From an uncultured Candidatus Saccharibacteria bacterium (GTDB taxonomy: Bacteria; Patescibacteriota; Saccharimonadia; Saccharimonadales; JALRHH01), in contig CAZXDT010000002.1 in NCBI GenBank assembly GCA_964639295.1, forward strand, positions 134,896 through 198,895: a DNA stretch of 64,000 nt, given 5' to 3'. The translations under genes and the position numbers were made by a program. A model generated the notes under the pieces. It saw only the letters and a list, made by a program, of their open reading frames with translations. It was not told the DNA's origin and did not search any database. Each line of letters starts with the position of its first letter. The first letter of the stretch is position 1. This document shows positions 36,639 to 46,400 of this stretch, in pieces.

Positions 36639-37205
36639 ATGGCATTAGGTGTTACAGATTTAAAAAAGGGACAAGTTTTTCAGATGGACGGCGTGCCGTA
36701 CCGCGTAGTTGAATATGGTCAAAAGGTCATGGGACGCGGTGGCTCTATTGTGAACGTCAAAATCAAAAGTCTAATTGATGGTAAAGTTTTGGCCAAAACG
36801 TTCAAAGGCAGTGAATCTATTGAACCAGCACACGTTACAAACAAGAATGTGCAGTTTTTGTATTCAGACGACGCTAACTTCTACTTCATGAACGAAGATA
36901 CATATGAGCAATTTGAGCTTTCCGCAGAAGATATGGAAGACCAAAAAGGCTTTATGAAGGAAAGTGACGTGGTTCAAGCCCAGCTGTTTGATGGCCGTGT
37001 GATTAACATTGAACTTGCTAAAAATGTGCCACTGAGAGTGACTTATACTGAAGATGTTGTTAAGGGCGACACCACCAGCTCAGTTCTAAAGGATGCTACC
37101 GTGGAAACGGGAATAACCGTTAAAGTTCCGGCATTTGTGAAGAACGGTGATCTTATTAGTGTGGACACCACAACTGGTGCTTACCGTGAGCGCGTCAAGG
37201 AATAG
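36639..37205 (+). CDS. efp: elongation factor P
   Basis: DLKKGQVFQMDGVPYRVVEYGQKVMGRGGSIVNVKIKSL, with the conserved loop and the three-domain length. Confidence 0.93.
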   Translation: MALGVTDLKKGQVFQMDGVPYRVVEYGQKVMGRGGSIVNVKIKSLIDGKVLAKTFKGSESIEPAHVTNKNVQFLYSDDANFYFMNEDTYEQFELSAEDMEDQKGFMKESDVVQAQLFDGRVINIELAKNVPLRVTYTEDVVKGDTTSSVLKDATVETGITVKVPAFVKNGDLISVDTTTGAYRERVKE

Positions 37206-37206
37206 T

Positions 37207-37746
37207 ATGGTCGAACTTACAGAAGCAAGGCTTTCAAGAACTGCTATAGTTCTTACCCCTGACGAACAAGAGCTTGGTACGCACGTGACAGAGCTACCCA
37301 GACAGCATTTGCACATTGTGCCATCATTCTTAGCCGGTACAGAAGAGGCTGATGAGCTAGCAAGACGACTTGCTTCGCCGCTTGCACAAAATGTGTTTGA
37401 GATTAGCTCTCTCGAATCTAGGATTGAACGAGGCCGTCTAGTACAGCGGTTAGGTGGCAGTGTATTGCATAACATACACGATGAGATACTTACTGTCCTC
37501 GAAGATATGAATATCCCAATTCATGCTAAGCCATTTAAAGAAGGTACTGTTCAGACATGGTACAAGGGCACTTGGAAGATTCCTGAAACTCGAACAGCTA
37601 TCGGAAGGGTTTTACTGACCCAGGAAAAACAAGGTATTGGTGGCTGGCGAAAGGTGCTTGAACGCAAGCTATCACAACCGAACCATGACTTCCGTACTGA
37701 TGTCGATACGTTACGTTATAACCAATTGATGAGTATCAAAAAGTGA
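37207..37746 (+). CDS. hypothetical protein
   Basis: ORF starting at MVELTEARL, 2 nt after the efp stop. The track start 37147 overlaps efp. Confidence 0.5.
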   Translation: MVELTEARLSRTAIVLTPDEQELGTHVTELPRQHLHIVPSFLAGTEEADELARRLASPLAQNVFEISSLESRIERGRLVQRLGGSVLHNIHDEILTVLEDMNIPIHAKPFKEGTVQTWYKGTWKIPETRTAIGRVLLTQEKQGIGGWRKVLERKLSQPNHDFRTDVDTLRYNQLMSIKK

Positions 37747-38459
37747 AGCATAGACTCGACCAAGTAATGGCCGCAAAAGGGCTTGTGTCTTCGCGGAGCC
37801 AAGCAGAGAGTTTTATACGACTTGGGCAAGTACTGGTGAATAAAAAAGTCGTGACAAAAGCCGGAACTATGGTCGGGGACACCGATGTTATTGTACTGAC
37901 TGCTACTGAACAATATGTTTCACGGGCTGGGCTTAAACTGGCGTCCGTCGCAAAAATACTGAAGGTAGATTTCCGTGGAAAAACCGTTCTCGACGTGGGA
38001 TCTAGCACTGGTGGATTCACTGATTATTCACTTAAGCATGGAGCTGAATATGTAATAGCGGTAGATGTTGGAACAAACCAGTTACACCCAACACTTCACG
38101 GTAATCCTAAGATAGAACTACATGAACAAACAGATATTAGAGACGTAAAAGAGACTTCAAAACCAATCGATATCGTGGTGATTGATGTGTCTTTTATATC
38201 GCTAAGGGAAATTTTGCCAACAGTTGCCAGACTATCAACTAAGACTACTCAAGTTGTTGCTATGGTGAAGCCACAATTCGAAGCAGGCAACAATGCCAAG
38301 CACAAAGGTGTGATCAAAAACGATCGTATGCGCAGGGATATCTTACAAGACTTCGAACAATGGGTGCGGAATAGTTTTGTCATCCAGGATAAAGCCGACA
38401 GTGAGGTTGCTGGCAGTAAAGGCAACAGAGAACGATTCTACCTCTTAAAAAAGAGCTAG
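37743..38459 (+). CDS. tlyA: TlyA-family rRNA 2'-O-methyltransferase
   Basis: S4 domain (RLDQVMAAKGLVSSRSQAESFIRLGQVLVN) followed by an FtsJ-like domain (VLDVGSSTGGFTDY). Confidence 0.88.
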   Translation: MKHRLDQVMAAKGLVSSRSQAESFIRLGQVLVNKKVVTKAGTMVGDTDVIVLTATEQYVSRAGLKLASVAKILKVDFRGKTVLDVGSSTGGFTDYSLKHGAEYVIAVDVGTNQLHPTLHGNPKIELHEQTDIRDVKETSKPIDIVVIDVSFISLREILPTVARLSTKTTQVVAMVKPQFEAGNNAKHKGVIKNDRMRRDILQDFEQWVRNSFVIQDKADSEVAGSKGNRERFYLLKKS

Positions 38460-38507
38460 ATTACATAATCCTTATGCTAAGATATAGATATGGTTAGAGC
38501 TTGCGCA

Positions 38508-38607
38508 CTTGGGTGGCCAGTGCATTTTTTTGCCGAGAAGCGCAACGAGCCGTACAAATGGTACGGTGACGAGAGCATCACAGGCAAAAAATGTGCTGGG
38601 CGCCAAG
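38508..38607 (+). ncRNA. unclassified 100-nt extended hairpin (E3)
   Basis: The ~25-bp outer helix CUUGG..CCAGUGCAUUUUUUUGCC / GGCAAAAAAUGUGCUGG..CCAAG has two wobble pairs that are valid only on the + strand. The apical hairpin is CCGUAC-AAAUG-GUACGG. Confidence 0.45.
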
Positions 38608-38665
38608 AATACCTTAATAAGAGCAGACTTGTTCTGGTCTTAGAAAGGTGTGGTGCGTAGCTCTA

Positions 38666-39367
38666 ATGTATTTTAAAAGTCGGGCAGAGGCTGGTCGGTT
38701 ACTGGCTGACAAGCTAGAACAATATAAGGCCCAGAATATTGTTGTAGTTGCCCTAGACGAAGGCTCAAGTATTGTTGCAGCACAAATTGCCATGAAGCTA
38801 CATGCCAATATGGTGCTCTATCTCATTAAGAATATTTATTTACCGGGTGAGACCCAGGCACTTGCTGGTATGAGTGCGCAAGGAACGTACTCTACAAATG
38901 ATTATTTTAGTGCCGGTCAGCTTGAGGATATGTCCACCGAGTATCACAATTATATTGATCAGCGCCGTATGGAGGCCAACCACGAGCTACACATACTACT
39001 TGGTAGGGACGGGGAAATTGATAAAAACTTGCTTCGCCACAGGGTAGTTATTGTAGTAGCAGATGGTTTGGCGAATGGCTTTTCACTGAAGGTTTGTGCT
39101 GATTTCCTCAAGACCATAGCTATCAAGAAAATGGTTGCTGTGACTCCGGTGGCTAGTGTCCCGGCGGTTGATCGTATGCATCTGATCTCTGATGAAATAT
39201 GCGTCCTATCTGTTACGGAAAACTTTATGGGTCCTGACCATTATTTTGATGATAATACGGTGCCAGAGATCGATAGCGTGCTTAAAATTATGCGTAATAT
39301 AACGCTCAGCTGGGAACGAGTGGCTCCAAAATCTCCTAGTCCAGTGCTTGACAACGGGGTAGCATAA
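38666..39367 (+). CDS. predicted phosphoribosyltransferase-family protein
   Basis: N-terminal MYFKSRAEAGRLLADKLEQY and a PRPP-loop-like VVIVVADGLANGFS. Confidence 0.65.
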   Translation: MYFKSRAEAGRLLADKLEQYKAQNIVVVALDEGSSIVAAQIAMKLHANMVLYLIKNIYLPGETQALAGMSAQGTYSTNDYFSAGQLEDMSTEYHNYIDQRRMEANHELHILLGRDGEIDKNLLRHRVVIVVADGLANGFSLKVCADFLKTIAIKKMVAVTPVASVPAVDRMHLISDEICVLSVTENFMGPDHYFDDNTVPEIDSVLKIMRNITLSWERVAPKSPSPVLDNGVA

Positions 39368-39509
39368 GCAGTAACCTGTAATCAAGCACTTTGAAAGACA
39401 AAAACATTCAAAAATCCTCACGAACCACAGCCCAAAATAAGCTGTGATTTCAAAGTACTAGATAGCTCCAAGGCACATAAAAATTTAAAATAAACAGGGT
39501 GAACGTAAC

Positions 39510-40469
39510 ATGTTTACGTATGTATCTTCTGGCGGTCGCCGTCCAGCTTATTATAAGTTGGGGCAAGCTCCGCCGGCTAAACACTGGTATCAAAAAAAGG
39601 TAGGCTGGTTCGGTCGTGCTTTTGTTGGGCTCATGATTGTGAGCCTCATTGGCGTTGGTGTTAATGGCTATGTCTCTGTTAAATCGGACAGTAAGGCACT
39701 TGCTGCAAAAAGTACTGAATCTTCCAAAATTGCCCAGGTTAACACAATTACTGAAAACGCCTCTCTTGAAAACATCGTAGACCTACAGCCAATCATCGAT
39801 ACTTGGGTTAAAGATCACCCCGGCCAAAAATGGGGTATTGTTGCCAAGAGCATGACGGGCGCGAGTTTTGATGCTCGAAGTAACCCTGATCGTCAATTTG
39901 AGTCAGCTAGTATTTATAAGTTGTTCTTAACTTTGCCCTTATTCCTGCAAATTCCCGTAGAGCAACAGGGCAACATTAACGTCAGTGTCAACGGTGGCCA
40001 GAAATCAATCGCTACTTGCGTAGACTTGATGCTCAGGTTGTCTAATAACGAATGTGGCGCTGCTATAGGTACGTACCTGAACTGGGCCAAAGCCGACGAA
40101 GCACTGAAACGTGGGGGTTTTACTCACACGAGCTTTAATCAACGGGATAGTCTCAAGACATCTGCTGGAGATACCGCAAGTTTCCTTGAGTCACTTAACG
40201 ATGACATGTTCAATCGTAACGCTAAAGAAGTTATTATGCGTTCATTACGTGAACAGCGCTTTAGGGATGGTATCCCAGCCGGTTGTCCAGGTTGTGTAAC
40301 AGCTAATAAGACAGGGCAGATCGACAATGTCATGCATGACGCTGCAATCGTGCAGTATAAGGGCGGTAGCTATATACTGGTTATTTTCTCGGAAAACGGA
40401 AACTTCAAGCAAATTGCTCAGTTAACTGGCCAAATCCAACAAAAAATCCTTGATACGACTAAGCGTTAG
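39510..40469 (+). CDS. serine hydrolase, class A beta-lactamase / penicillin-binding fold, membrane-anchored
   Basis: TM helix, then SxxK (SASIYK), SxN (SNN) and KTG (NKTGQ) motifs in the canonical order. Confidence 0.8.
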   Translation: MFTYVSSGGRRPAYYKLGQAPPAKHWYQKKVGWFGRAFVGLMIVSLIGVGVNGYVSVKSDSKALAAKSTESSKIAQVNTITENASLENIVDLQPIIDTWVKDHPGQKWGIVAKSMTGASFDARSNPDRQFESASIYKLFLTLPLFLQIPVEQQGNINVSVNGGQKSIATCVDLMLRLSNNECGAAIGTYLNWAKADEALKRGGFTHTSFNQRDSLKTSAGDTASFLESLNDDMFNRNAKEVIMRSLREQRFRDGIPAGCPGCVTANKTGQIDNVMHDAAIVQYKGGSYILVIFSENGNFKQIAQLTGQIQQKILDTTKR

Positions 40470-40532
40470 ACGTTTACACCCTCTACGTTATTTGACTTGC
40501 AAAATGTGCATGTAAAAATTACTATAAGCATT

Positions 40533-42242
40533 ATGAAGAAACAACAGGTGAAATCTAAGAGGGTAACTATGAAGAAAAAATCTAAGTCAAAGAGTAAGGC
40601 TGTTGTCAGCCGTTCATTTGGGATCAGTTCTCTACGCTCAAGCAAGGGGTGGCAGTGGGCTGGAATCGGTATATTTGCGCTCGTTGGGGCTGCATTGCTG
40701 TTCCGATCGTTTGCTAATCCAATCTATTCATCAAAGCCAAGCGACATCGTATTGCAATACGTACAGCCACATAATGACGTGTACGCCGTAGATCAATTAA
40801 GTGATGCCCATTATCCACCGTTTACTCTGTATGGTAACGGATTGCTAGTGTGTAGCGGTGACGATCATGTGTATACTGCGCCTACGCTCCCAGAAGCAGG
40901 TGCGACCCACGAACACTCCAGTGCACCTACAGCCCGAACATTAAGTAAGACAGAGATGGCTAAACTGGTACAGGGAGTACGTGACACTGGGTTCGAGAAT
41001 CTCGATTCCGAATACTTCACAATGCCAGTCGCCCAGAATGAGTACACAATACGTCTCGTTACTAAGGGAAGTGACAAAGCTGTTTTGTACTACAACGATG
41101 TGGCCGCACCAGCTGCCTACACACAGACTTTGGCACTGATGAAAGACGCTTGTGCCGCAACAACTCAGCCATACGTGTCTGCCACGGCAACCGTTCGCGC
41201 TCGACCTGATGTCAATACTACTGGTAAGGAAGTTGACCCAATTGACGGATACGACCAACAGGTCGTAGGTACGCTTAAAGATGTCATGAACAAGAGCAAG
41301 GCTTCTAAGCGTCAGAATGATGCTCAGCGTGCCGCAAATCAAGAGCCAGAGGGCGTTGACGAGGAGACGGCCGAGGTCAGTGGAGCTACTGCTCAAATCT
41401 TGCAAAAGGCAGCTAATGGCCAGGCCAAGAAGTATGTCTCTCTTGATGGCACTAACTATGCAATAAGTGTGGACCCAGACCTTCCAGCAGCAAACAACCC
41501 GATGGATATCGACTACAACAAAGTCCGGGCAGAGACAGATAAGAAAAAAGCTGAGGGTACCAAGAGTGCAAGTTCTCGGCTACTAGAGGCGCTTGATCCT
41601 ACGCAGAAGGTAGACGCTGCAACCACTGGTGGTTACCGTATTGTCGTGTTGCTTGCATCAAACGCAGGTAGTACCTCAAAGCTTGATGAAGCTCAAGCTG
41701 TTGCGTCCAAAATGAACCAGTGGACTTGTAAAGAAGTAGGTAAGTGTCCAGTATTCAAGGGTGTGACCTACATGCGTGGTTCACAGACCCAGGCTTACTA
41801 CAACGCATGCCATATTGACAGCTGTCAGGGCAACCAACTCCTCAATATTCTTTACAACGTATACTTGAAAGACGCAGGCACAATCTCTCGTACAGATGTA
41901 GCAACATTAATTGTTCCTGGTTGGAAAACAAATACTTTGAGCACTTCTGGTACTAAAGCATGTGGATGGGGCTTCCACCCAGGTAACCTTGGGGCAGTTG
42001 ACCTATATCAGACAGAACCTATCAACGGTCTAACGTGTGTTCCATTGTCTAAGGCATTCCCGCACGAGTACCTTCACAACAGGGGTCTCGGCCACATATC
42101 CTTCTGTAGCAACAGGAATCTTATGGATGGCCCTCCAGGATGTAAGTACTCAAACGGTTGTACGATCGTCCTTGGTAGAGACAACACCTGTTTACTATCT
42201 GACAACCAAGCTGACAAGCTTAAGGCTAACGCCGCATACTAG
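40533..42242 (+). CDS. secreted/membrane-anchored protein with a C-terminal metzincin-type zinc-binding motif
   Basis: Lys-rich N-terminus plus a TM helix (WAGIGIFALVGAALLF). HEYLHNRGLGH near the C-terminus matches HEXXHXXGXXH exactly. I chose start ATG 40533. Confidence 0.55.
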   Translation: MKKQQVKSKRVTMKKKSKSKSKAVVSRSFGISSLRSSKGWQWAGIGIFALVGAALLFRSFANPIYSSKPSDIVLQYVQPHNDVYAVDQLSDAHYPPFTLYGNGLLVCSGDDHVYTAPTLPEAGATHEHSSAPTARTLSKTEMAKLVQGVRDTGFENLDSEYFTMPVAQNEYTIRLVTKGSDKAVLYYNDVAAPAAYTQTLALMKDACAATTQPYVSATATVRARPDVNTTGKEVDPIDGYDQQVVGTLKDVMNKSKASKRQNDAQRAANQEPEGVDEETAEVSGATAQILQKAANGQAKKYVSLDGTNYAISVDPDLPAANNPMDIDYNKVRAETDKKKAEGTKSASSRLLEALDPTQKVDAATTGGYRIVVLLASNAGSTSKLDEAQAVASKMNQWTCKEVGKCPVFKGVTYMRGSQTQAYYNACHIDSCQGNQLLNILYNVYLKDAGTISRTDVATLIVPGWKTNTLSTSGTKACGWGFHPGNLGAVDLYQTEPINGLTCVPLSKAFPHEYLHNRGLGHISFCSNRNLMDGPPGCKYSNGCTIVLGRDNTCLLSDNQADKLKANAAY

Positions 42243-42261
42243 ATATCTAGAGCAGTGTAAT

Positions 42262-42289
42262 AAAAACGACCCCAGTTGGGGTCGTTTTT
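42262..42289. terminator. bidirectional rho-independent terminator
   Basis: AAAAACGACCCC-AGTT-GGGGTCGTTTTT lies between convergent genes. Confidence 0.85.
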
Positions 42290-43382
42290 ATTTAGAAATG
42301 TTAAATCGAAACTCGACTATATCGTCGGGTTTCATAACGTAATCTTTACCAACGGTAGCAACCTTGCCGGCTGATTTTGCAGCGGTTTCTGAGCCAGCGG
42401 CAATTAAGTCATCGTAACTGACAATTTGAGCGGCAATAAAGCCTTTCTCGAAGTCAGTGTGAATAACACCGGCCGCTTGCGGTGCAGTGTCGCCTTGGTG
42501 AATCGTCCAGGCGCGGATCTCTTTTTCACCTGCAGTCAGGTAGCTTTGCAACCCGAGTGTGTCGTAGGCAGCATGGATTAACTGTACGAGCCCAGACTCG
42601 CTCACTCCGTAACTATCAAGCAGTTCAATGCGGTCACTGTCATCAAGCCCGCGTAGCTCACTCTCCATCTTGGCGCATACAAACAAACAGCTCGCAGGAA
42701 CAACAAGGTCGATTAGCTCTTGCTGTCGTGTGGTGTTAGACAAGTCGTCCTCATCTACGTTAAATAAGTAGATAACTGGTTTCATGGTCAGTAAATGGAG
42801 ATCCTGTAGAAGCTCAGCATTCTTTGCTCGCCATTCATCACCCTTCTGGAAGAGTGGTTGGCCACTGTCGAGGCTGTCTTTGGCTTCTTTTAGGAGTTCA
42901 GCCACCGGCTTGAGCTTAGGGTCAGATTTGGCTAACTTTTCAGTTTGAGGCAGGCGTTTTTCGACAGTTTGCAGATCGGCTAGAACTAGCTCGGTGTTGA
43001 TAACATCGATGTCTTTACGCGGGTTATGCTCCTCGTCAACATGTTGGACGTTGCTGTCACTAAAGGCACGTACTACTTGAACAATTGCATTGGTGCTGCG
43101 GATGTGGCTAAGAAACTGGTTCCCCAGGCCTTCGCCCTTACTAGCACCCTCAACCAGCCCAGCGATGTCCACGAAGGTAACAGTAGCGGGGAGGATCTTT
43201 TGACTACCATATAGCTCTGCGAGCTTGCCGAGACGTTCATCGGGGATGGGTACAATACCGGTATTCGGTTCTATTGTGGCAAAAGGGTAATTAGCCGCCA
43301 ATATATTATTGTCGGTCAGGGCATTAAACAGGGTGGATTTACCAACGTTGGGCAATCCTACAATTCCAATAGATACTGACAT
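42288..43382 (-). CDS. ychF: redox-regulated ATPase YchF
   Basis: IGIVGLPNVGKSTLFNALT and a C-terminal TGS-like HTDFEKGFIAAQIV. Confidence 0.95.
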   Translation of the reverse strand: MSVSIGIVGLPNVGKSTLFNALTDNNILAANYPFATIEPNTGIVPIPDERLGKLAELYGSQKILPATVTFVDIAGLVEGASKGEGLGNQFLSHIRSTNAIVQVVRAFSDSNVQHVDEEHNPRKDIDVINTELVLADLQTVEKRLPQTEKLAKSDPKLKPVAELLKEAKDSLDSGQPLFQKGDEWRAKNAELLQDLHLLTMKPVIYLFNVDEDDLSNTTRQQELIDLVVPASCLFVCAKMESELRGLDDSDRIELLDSYGVSESGLVQLIHAAYDTLGLQSYLTAGEKEIRAWTIHQGDTAPQAAGVIHTDFEKGFIAAQIVSYDDLIAAGSETAAKSAGKVATVGKDYVMKPDDIVEFRFNISK

Positions 43383-43404
43383 CCCGTATATTTTAACAGA
43401 GGTA

Positions 43405-45369
43405 CTAACTATTTGCCATGTACCACATGGCGCCTTGGTTGCTGTTGAAGTACTGAGCAGTGTTACCAGGTAACTCTATGAGTAGCGTCGGGATGCCTAT
43501 TTTATCGTGCAGCCAGTTCTCGTACGCCCCCGTTGTGTCGTAATTGAAGGTGTTACCGAGGTTGCTTTCCGCTAATATGCCGTAACCTGTCTTTCGTCCA
43601 TATATGGTTGCAAGCGCCATGGAATCACCAGATTCGTTAGCTGTTACGAGTGAACCTTTTGCATGGTAGGTTAGCACAAGCTTTGGGCTGAGACTCTGTG
43701 TGTAGGCTGCGAGTATGGCAGACTCAGGCTCGGATAGGGGTGCCGTACCACCCCCGTTTTGCACCAACTGGCCACCAGGCACGGTTACATTGGCTTTCCA
43801 GCTGTTGGCAGGGAAGTTACGGTTCAGATCTACGTCGTGGGCATTGAGCCTACTATTATGGGCGACCCCATCAGGATTGACTGCCGGAATAACAATTATT
43901 TTGCGGTTTGCGGGTAGTTTGTAGGCGTTGGCATCGAGGTAACTAATCCAAGCATCAAGCACCAGTTTAGAACTAGTTTCGTTACCATGGGTTGCCCCGA
44001 CATAGAGCACCGTACTTGTACCTGAACCAAACTGCCATGCTGTAACAGACCTGCCTTCTACAGAGGTGCCGATTGAAAATGCTGTTCCACATGCCGCCCG
44101 GCTGCTGTAATCCCAGGCATTGTTACCGCTAATTCCGTAGCTGTTTTGCAGTTTGTCACTGACATGAAGTGCCAGCGCCTCACAGGCAGCTAGTGGTCGA
44201 GCAAGTTTGATAGTTGCCGTGTTTCCCTTAACGGAAATTGAGCCAATACCGGCATTTGATGCAGATATAAATTGGGCGATGGCGGTTGGGTTTATTGCTG
44301 TATCGAAGGTCAGTACAATAGTAGGGTTTGTGTTGATGCGGCTTTGGCCGATATTTACCCCTGTTACTTTTGGGCCACCTGAGGTGGTAAAGCTCGTTGT
44401 GAAAGCATTGGTAAGGTAGCCTTTGTCTGTAGCTGTGGTGCCATTCACTGATACTTCAAACGAAGTACTGCGGGGGAGTGGGGTGGAAAAGGTAGCTACC
44501 AACTGGCTGTCTTTTGCCGCAAGAGTATGAGGGATATCCTTGCCATTGCTTCGAATTGTTACGGTCCCTTGCTTATCAATAGCTTTGTTAAAGGTGATTG
44601 TGAATTGCTTAGGGTCGTCATAGACGGTACTTGCAGCCGGGAGGCTCGTTGCGGTGGCAATGAGGGGTTCAACAGTTACAACCTTGTGAGTAAAGATTGA
44701 TCCTGCAGGTGTCGCTTTGAGGCTGCGCTTTACCTCAAGCTCATAGTGCTTGCCCTGCGCTAAGTTGAGCGGGGTAATATTACAACTGACCTGGGCTTCC
44801 TTAGTGATGCAATTGGTGTTTTTGTCACCGGAGGACAAGCTGTAAGTAAAAGTTTCGTCAGGTTTATCAAGTGTATATATTAGCGTTTCATTGACTGCGA
44901 TAAGCGGAGGCTGTGATTGCTTAGTACTAACTTGAGGCAGTGCAGAGCCCTTGATAGTTAGGACCTGGCTTAGTGGCGTTCCAAAAACACGCATATTTGC
45001 GTGTTGGGGTGTGTCGGTTGCTAAGGGTTTTATTAAAGTAGCGCAGGTTTTCCCGGCTATAACAGGGAAATTGCCAATTTTTACCTGTTCATGTGGGGTT
45101 AACTGATATGAATCGGGCTGCCGCACGTTATGTAGGCTAGGCAGGAAGGTCGGAACGCTTGAACATGTCTCTCCGGCGTATGAGTAGGTGAGGGTACGAG
45201 GCCAGAAAAATAAAGTGGTATAGACGCTAGCAATAAGCAGGAGACAAACGGCGGCTACAGCTATATAGAAGTGGGGACCTGCAAAACGCAGCGCTAAAGC
45301 TCTCGCTCGTAGGTGAGCAACAGTGCGTTGTGGCAGGTTAGGGGCTTTTTTATCTGCTGGAGGTACCAT
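43405..45369 (-). CDS. membrane-anchored protein with Ig-like repeats and a C-terminal M14 zinc carboxypeptidase domain
   Basis: TM helix near the N-terminus. M14 motifs GATHGNETSS (HxxE), NPDG, DLNRNFP and LTYHAKGS. Confidence 0.8.
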   Translation of the reverse strand: MVPPADKKAPNLPQRTVAHLRARALALRFAGPHFYIAVAAVCLLLIASVYTTLFFWPRTLTYSYAGETCSSVPTFLPSLHNVRQPDSYQLTPHEQVKIGNFPVIAGKTCATLIKPLATDTPQHANMRVFGTPLSQVLTIKGSALPQVSTKQSQPPLIAVNETLIYTLDKPDETFTYSLSSGDKNTNCITKEAQVSCNITPLNLAQGKHYELEVKRSLKATPAGSIFTHKVVTVEPLIATATSLPAASTVYDDPKQFTITFNKAIDKQGTVTIRSNGKDIPHTLAAKDSQLVATFSTPLPRSTSFEVSVNGTTATDKGYLTNAFTTSFTTSGGPKVTGVNIGQSRINTNPTIVLTFDTAINPTAIAQFISASNAGIGSISVKGNTATIKLARPLAACEALALHVSDKLQNSYGISGNNAWDYSSRAACGTAFSIGTSVEGRSVTAWQFGSGTSTVLYVGATHGNETSSKLVLDAWISYLDANAYKLPANRKIIVIPAVNPDGVAHNSRLNAHDVDLNRNFPANSWKANVTVPGGQLVQNGGGTAPLSEPESAILAAYTQSLSPKLVLTYHAKGSLVTANESGDSMALATIYGRKTGYGILAESNLGNTFNYDTTGAYENWLHDKIGIPTLLIELPGNTAQYFNSNQGAMWYMANS

Positions 45370-45477
45370 TTTGTTGTGTAGTTTTTGTTTAATTGAACCA
45401 TGCTAATAATAGCAAAAATTAGCCAATTTGTCAAGGTTAGTACCATTGAACAATGAGTAAGTAACAGAGATGAGGTA

Positions 45478-45506
45478 TTGACAAAGGATGTATAATCGTG
45501 TAGAGT
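45478..45506 (+). promoter_or_regulatory. candidate sigma-70 promoter in native AT-rich DNA, pointing into the GC-rich island
   Basis: TTGACA-17 nt-TAGAGT. A perfect TATAAT (45491..45496) also lies inside the spacer. Confidence 0.4.
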
Positions 45507-45704
45507 ATATACTGTTTACTGTGTGAGGTATCTCCATACTGCGAGAAACCAGCTAAGTATACGAACTTTGACATGTCAGATTGTAGATAATTAGGAGGCC
45601 CTTTGGGGTGCGAACTTACCTGTGTAGCTATACACTGGTGAGCCCGCATCCCAACAAGGGGAAGTGGTACGTGGCCCTAGGCCCAAAACAGAGGAGTGAC
45701 ATCA

Positions 45705-46334
45705 ATGTCCCACCACAAACTGTCGAGGCGCCGCAGGGCTCTCGTCACCACCATCGCGACTGCAGCAGCCGCTGTCATCGCTGGCGCGTTCATGTTCATC
45801 ACGGCCGCCAACGCCGCCGACGGGGAATCCTCCCAAGGTTCCGCGGTTCTCGACTGCGAAGCCGGTGTCGTTCACGTCACCGCATCGGTGGTTCCGGTCG
45901 ACGGTCAGGTGGTTCCGGATCACTTCGTGATCACGTTCGACCCGAACGGGGCCGAGCGCGTACCACTCGATGAGGTCGACCTGCCCAACGGGGAGGACAA
46001 CACCTTCACCAAGGACTACTCGCTCGCGAGTCTTCCCAGCGGCGGTACCGTCGTCGTCGAGGCCGACAACATGACGCGTGTCGACAGCGTGAACGTGGCT
46101 ACCTGCAACAGCGATCCCGACCCCGTCGACGTCTGCCCGAATCTCGAAGGAGATCAGGCTGAGGTGCCGCCCGGCATGGTCGTGCTCGACGGAGACTGCG
46201 TCACCTACCAGCCGCCGCCGGTGGACAACGGTGACCCCGACCCCGTCGACGTTCCCAACGTCGAGGACGGTCACACCGGTCACACCAAGCCGCCGAAGAA
46301 CGGTGACTACTCGCTCCCCAAGACGGGCGCGTAG
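45705..46334 (+). CDS. Tat-signal / LPXTG-motif surface-protein gene, high-GC, truncated immediately after the sorting motif
   Basis: GAGGAG SD 9 nt upstream. SRRRRALV...ANA|AD signal peptide, a duplicated DPDPVDV motif, and an ending of ...SLPKTGA-stop with no hydrophobic anchor. Third codon positions are almost all G/C. Confidence 0.6.
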   Translation: MSHHKLSRRRRALVTTIATAAAAVIAGAFMFITAANAADGESSQGSAVLDCEAGVVHVTASVVPVDGQVVPDHFVITFDPNGAERVPLDEVDLPNGEDNTFTKDYSLASLPSGGTVVVEADNMTRVDSVNVATCNSDPDPVDVCPNLEGDQAEVPPGMVVLDGDCVTYQPPPVDNGDPDPVDVPNVEDGHTGHTKPPKNGDYSLPKTGA

Positions 46335-46344
46335 CGCGTGATCA

Positions 46345-46400
46345 CTGCTGGGTGCAGGCATGTCAGGGCAATAGCCTTCGATACTGCCTGCACCCAGCAG
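46345..46400 (+). terminator. GC-rich perfect 16-bp hairpin without a U-tract, downstream of the island gene
   Basis: CTGCTGGGTGCAGGCA-(24 nt)-TGCCTGCACCCAGCAG. Confidence 0.5.

Noticed and set aside
38508-38607. Possibility that the 100-nt hairpin E3 is the SRP (4.5S) RNA or 6S RNA.
   Set aside because: It lacks the conserved SRP domain IV features: a GNAR tetraloop and the GGAAGCAGCC-type 3' strand. It is also too short and too fully paired for 6S RNA.
45584-45704. A riboswitch (TPP, c-di-AMP/ydaO or cobalamin type) in the GC-rich 5' leader of the island gene.
   Set aside because: Only short chance resemblances are present (GGGGUGC, ACCUG). Hallmark elements such as CUGAGA, the B12 box or the paired ACGGGG/CCCG pseudo-symmetry are absent. 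Only a small ACCUGUGUA/UACACUGGU hairpin is evident.
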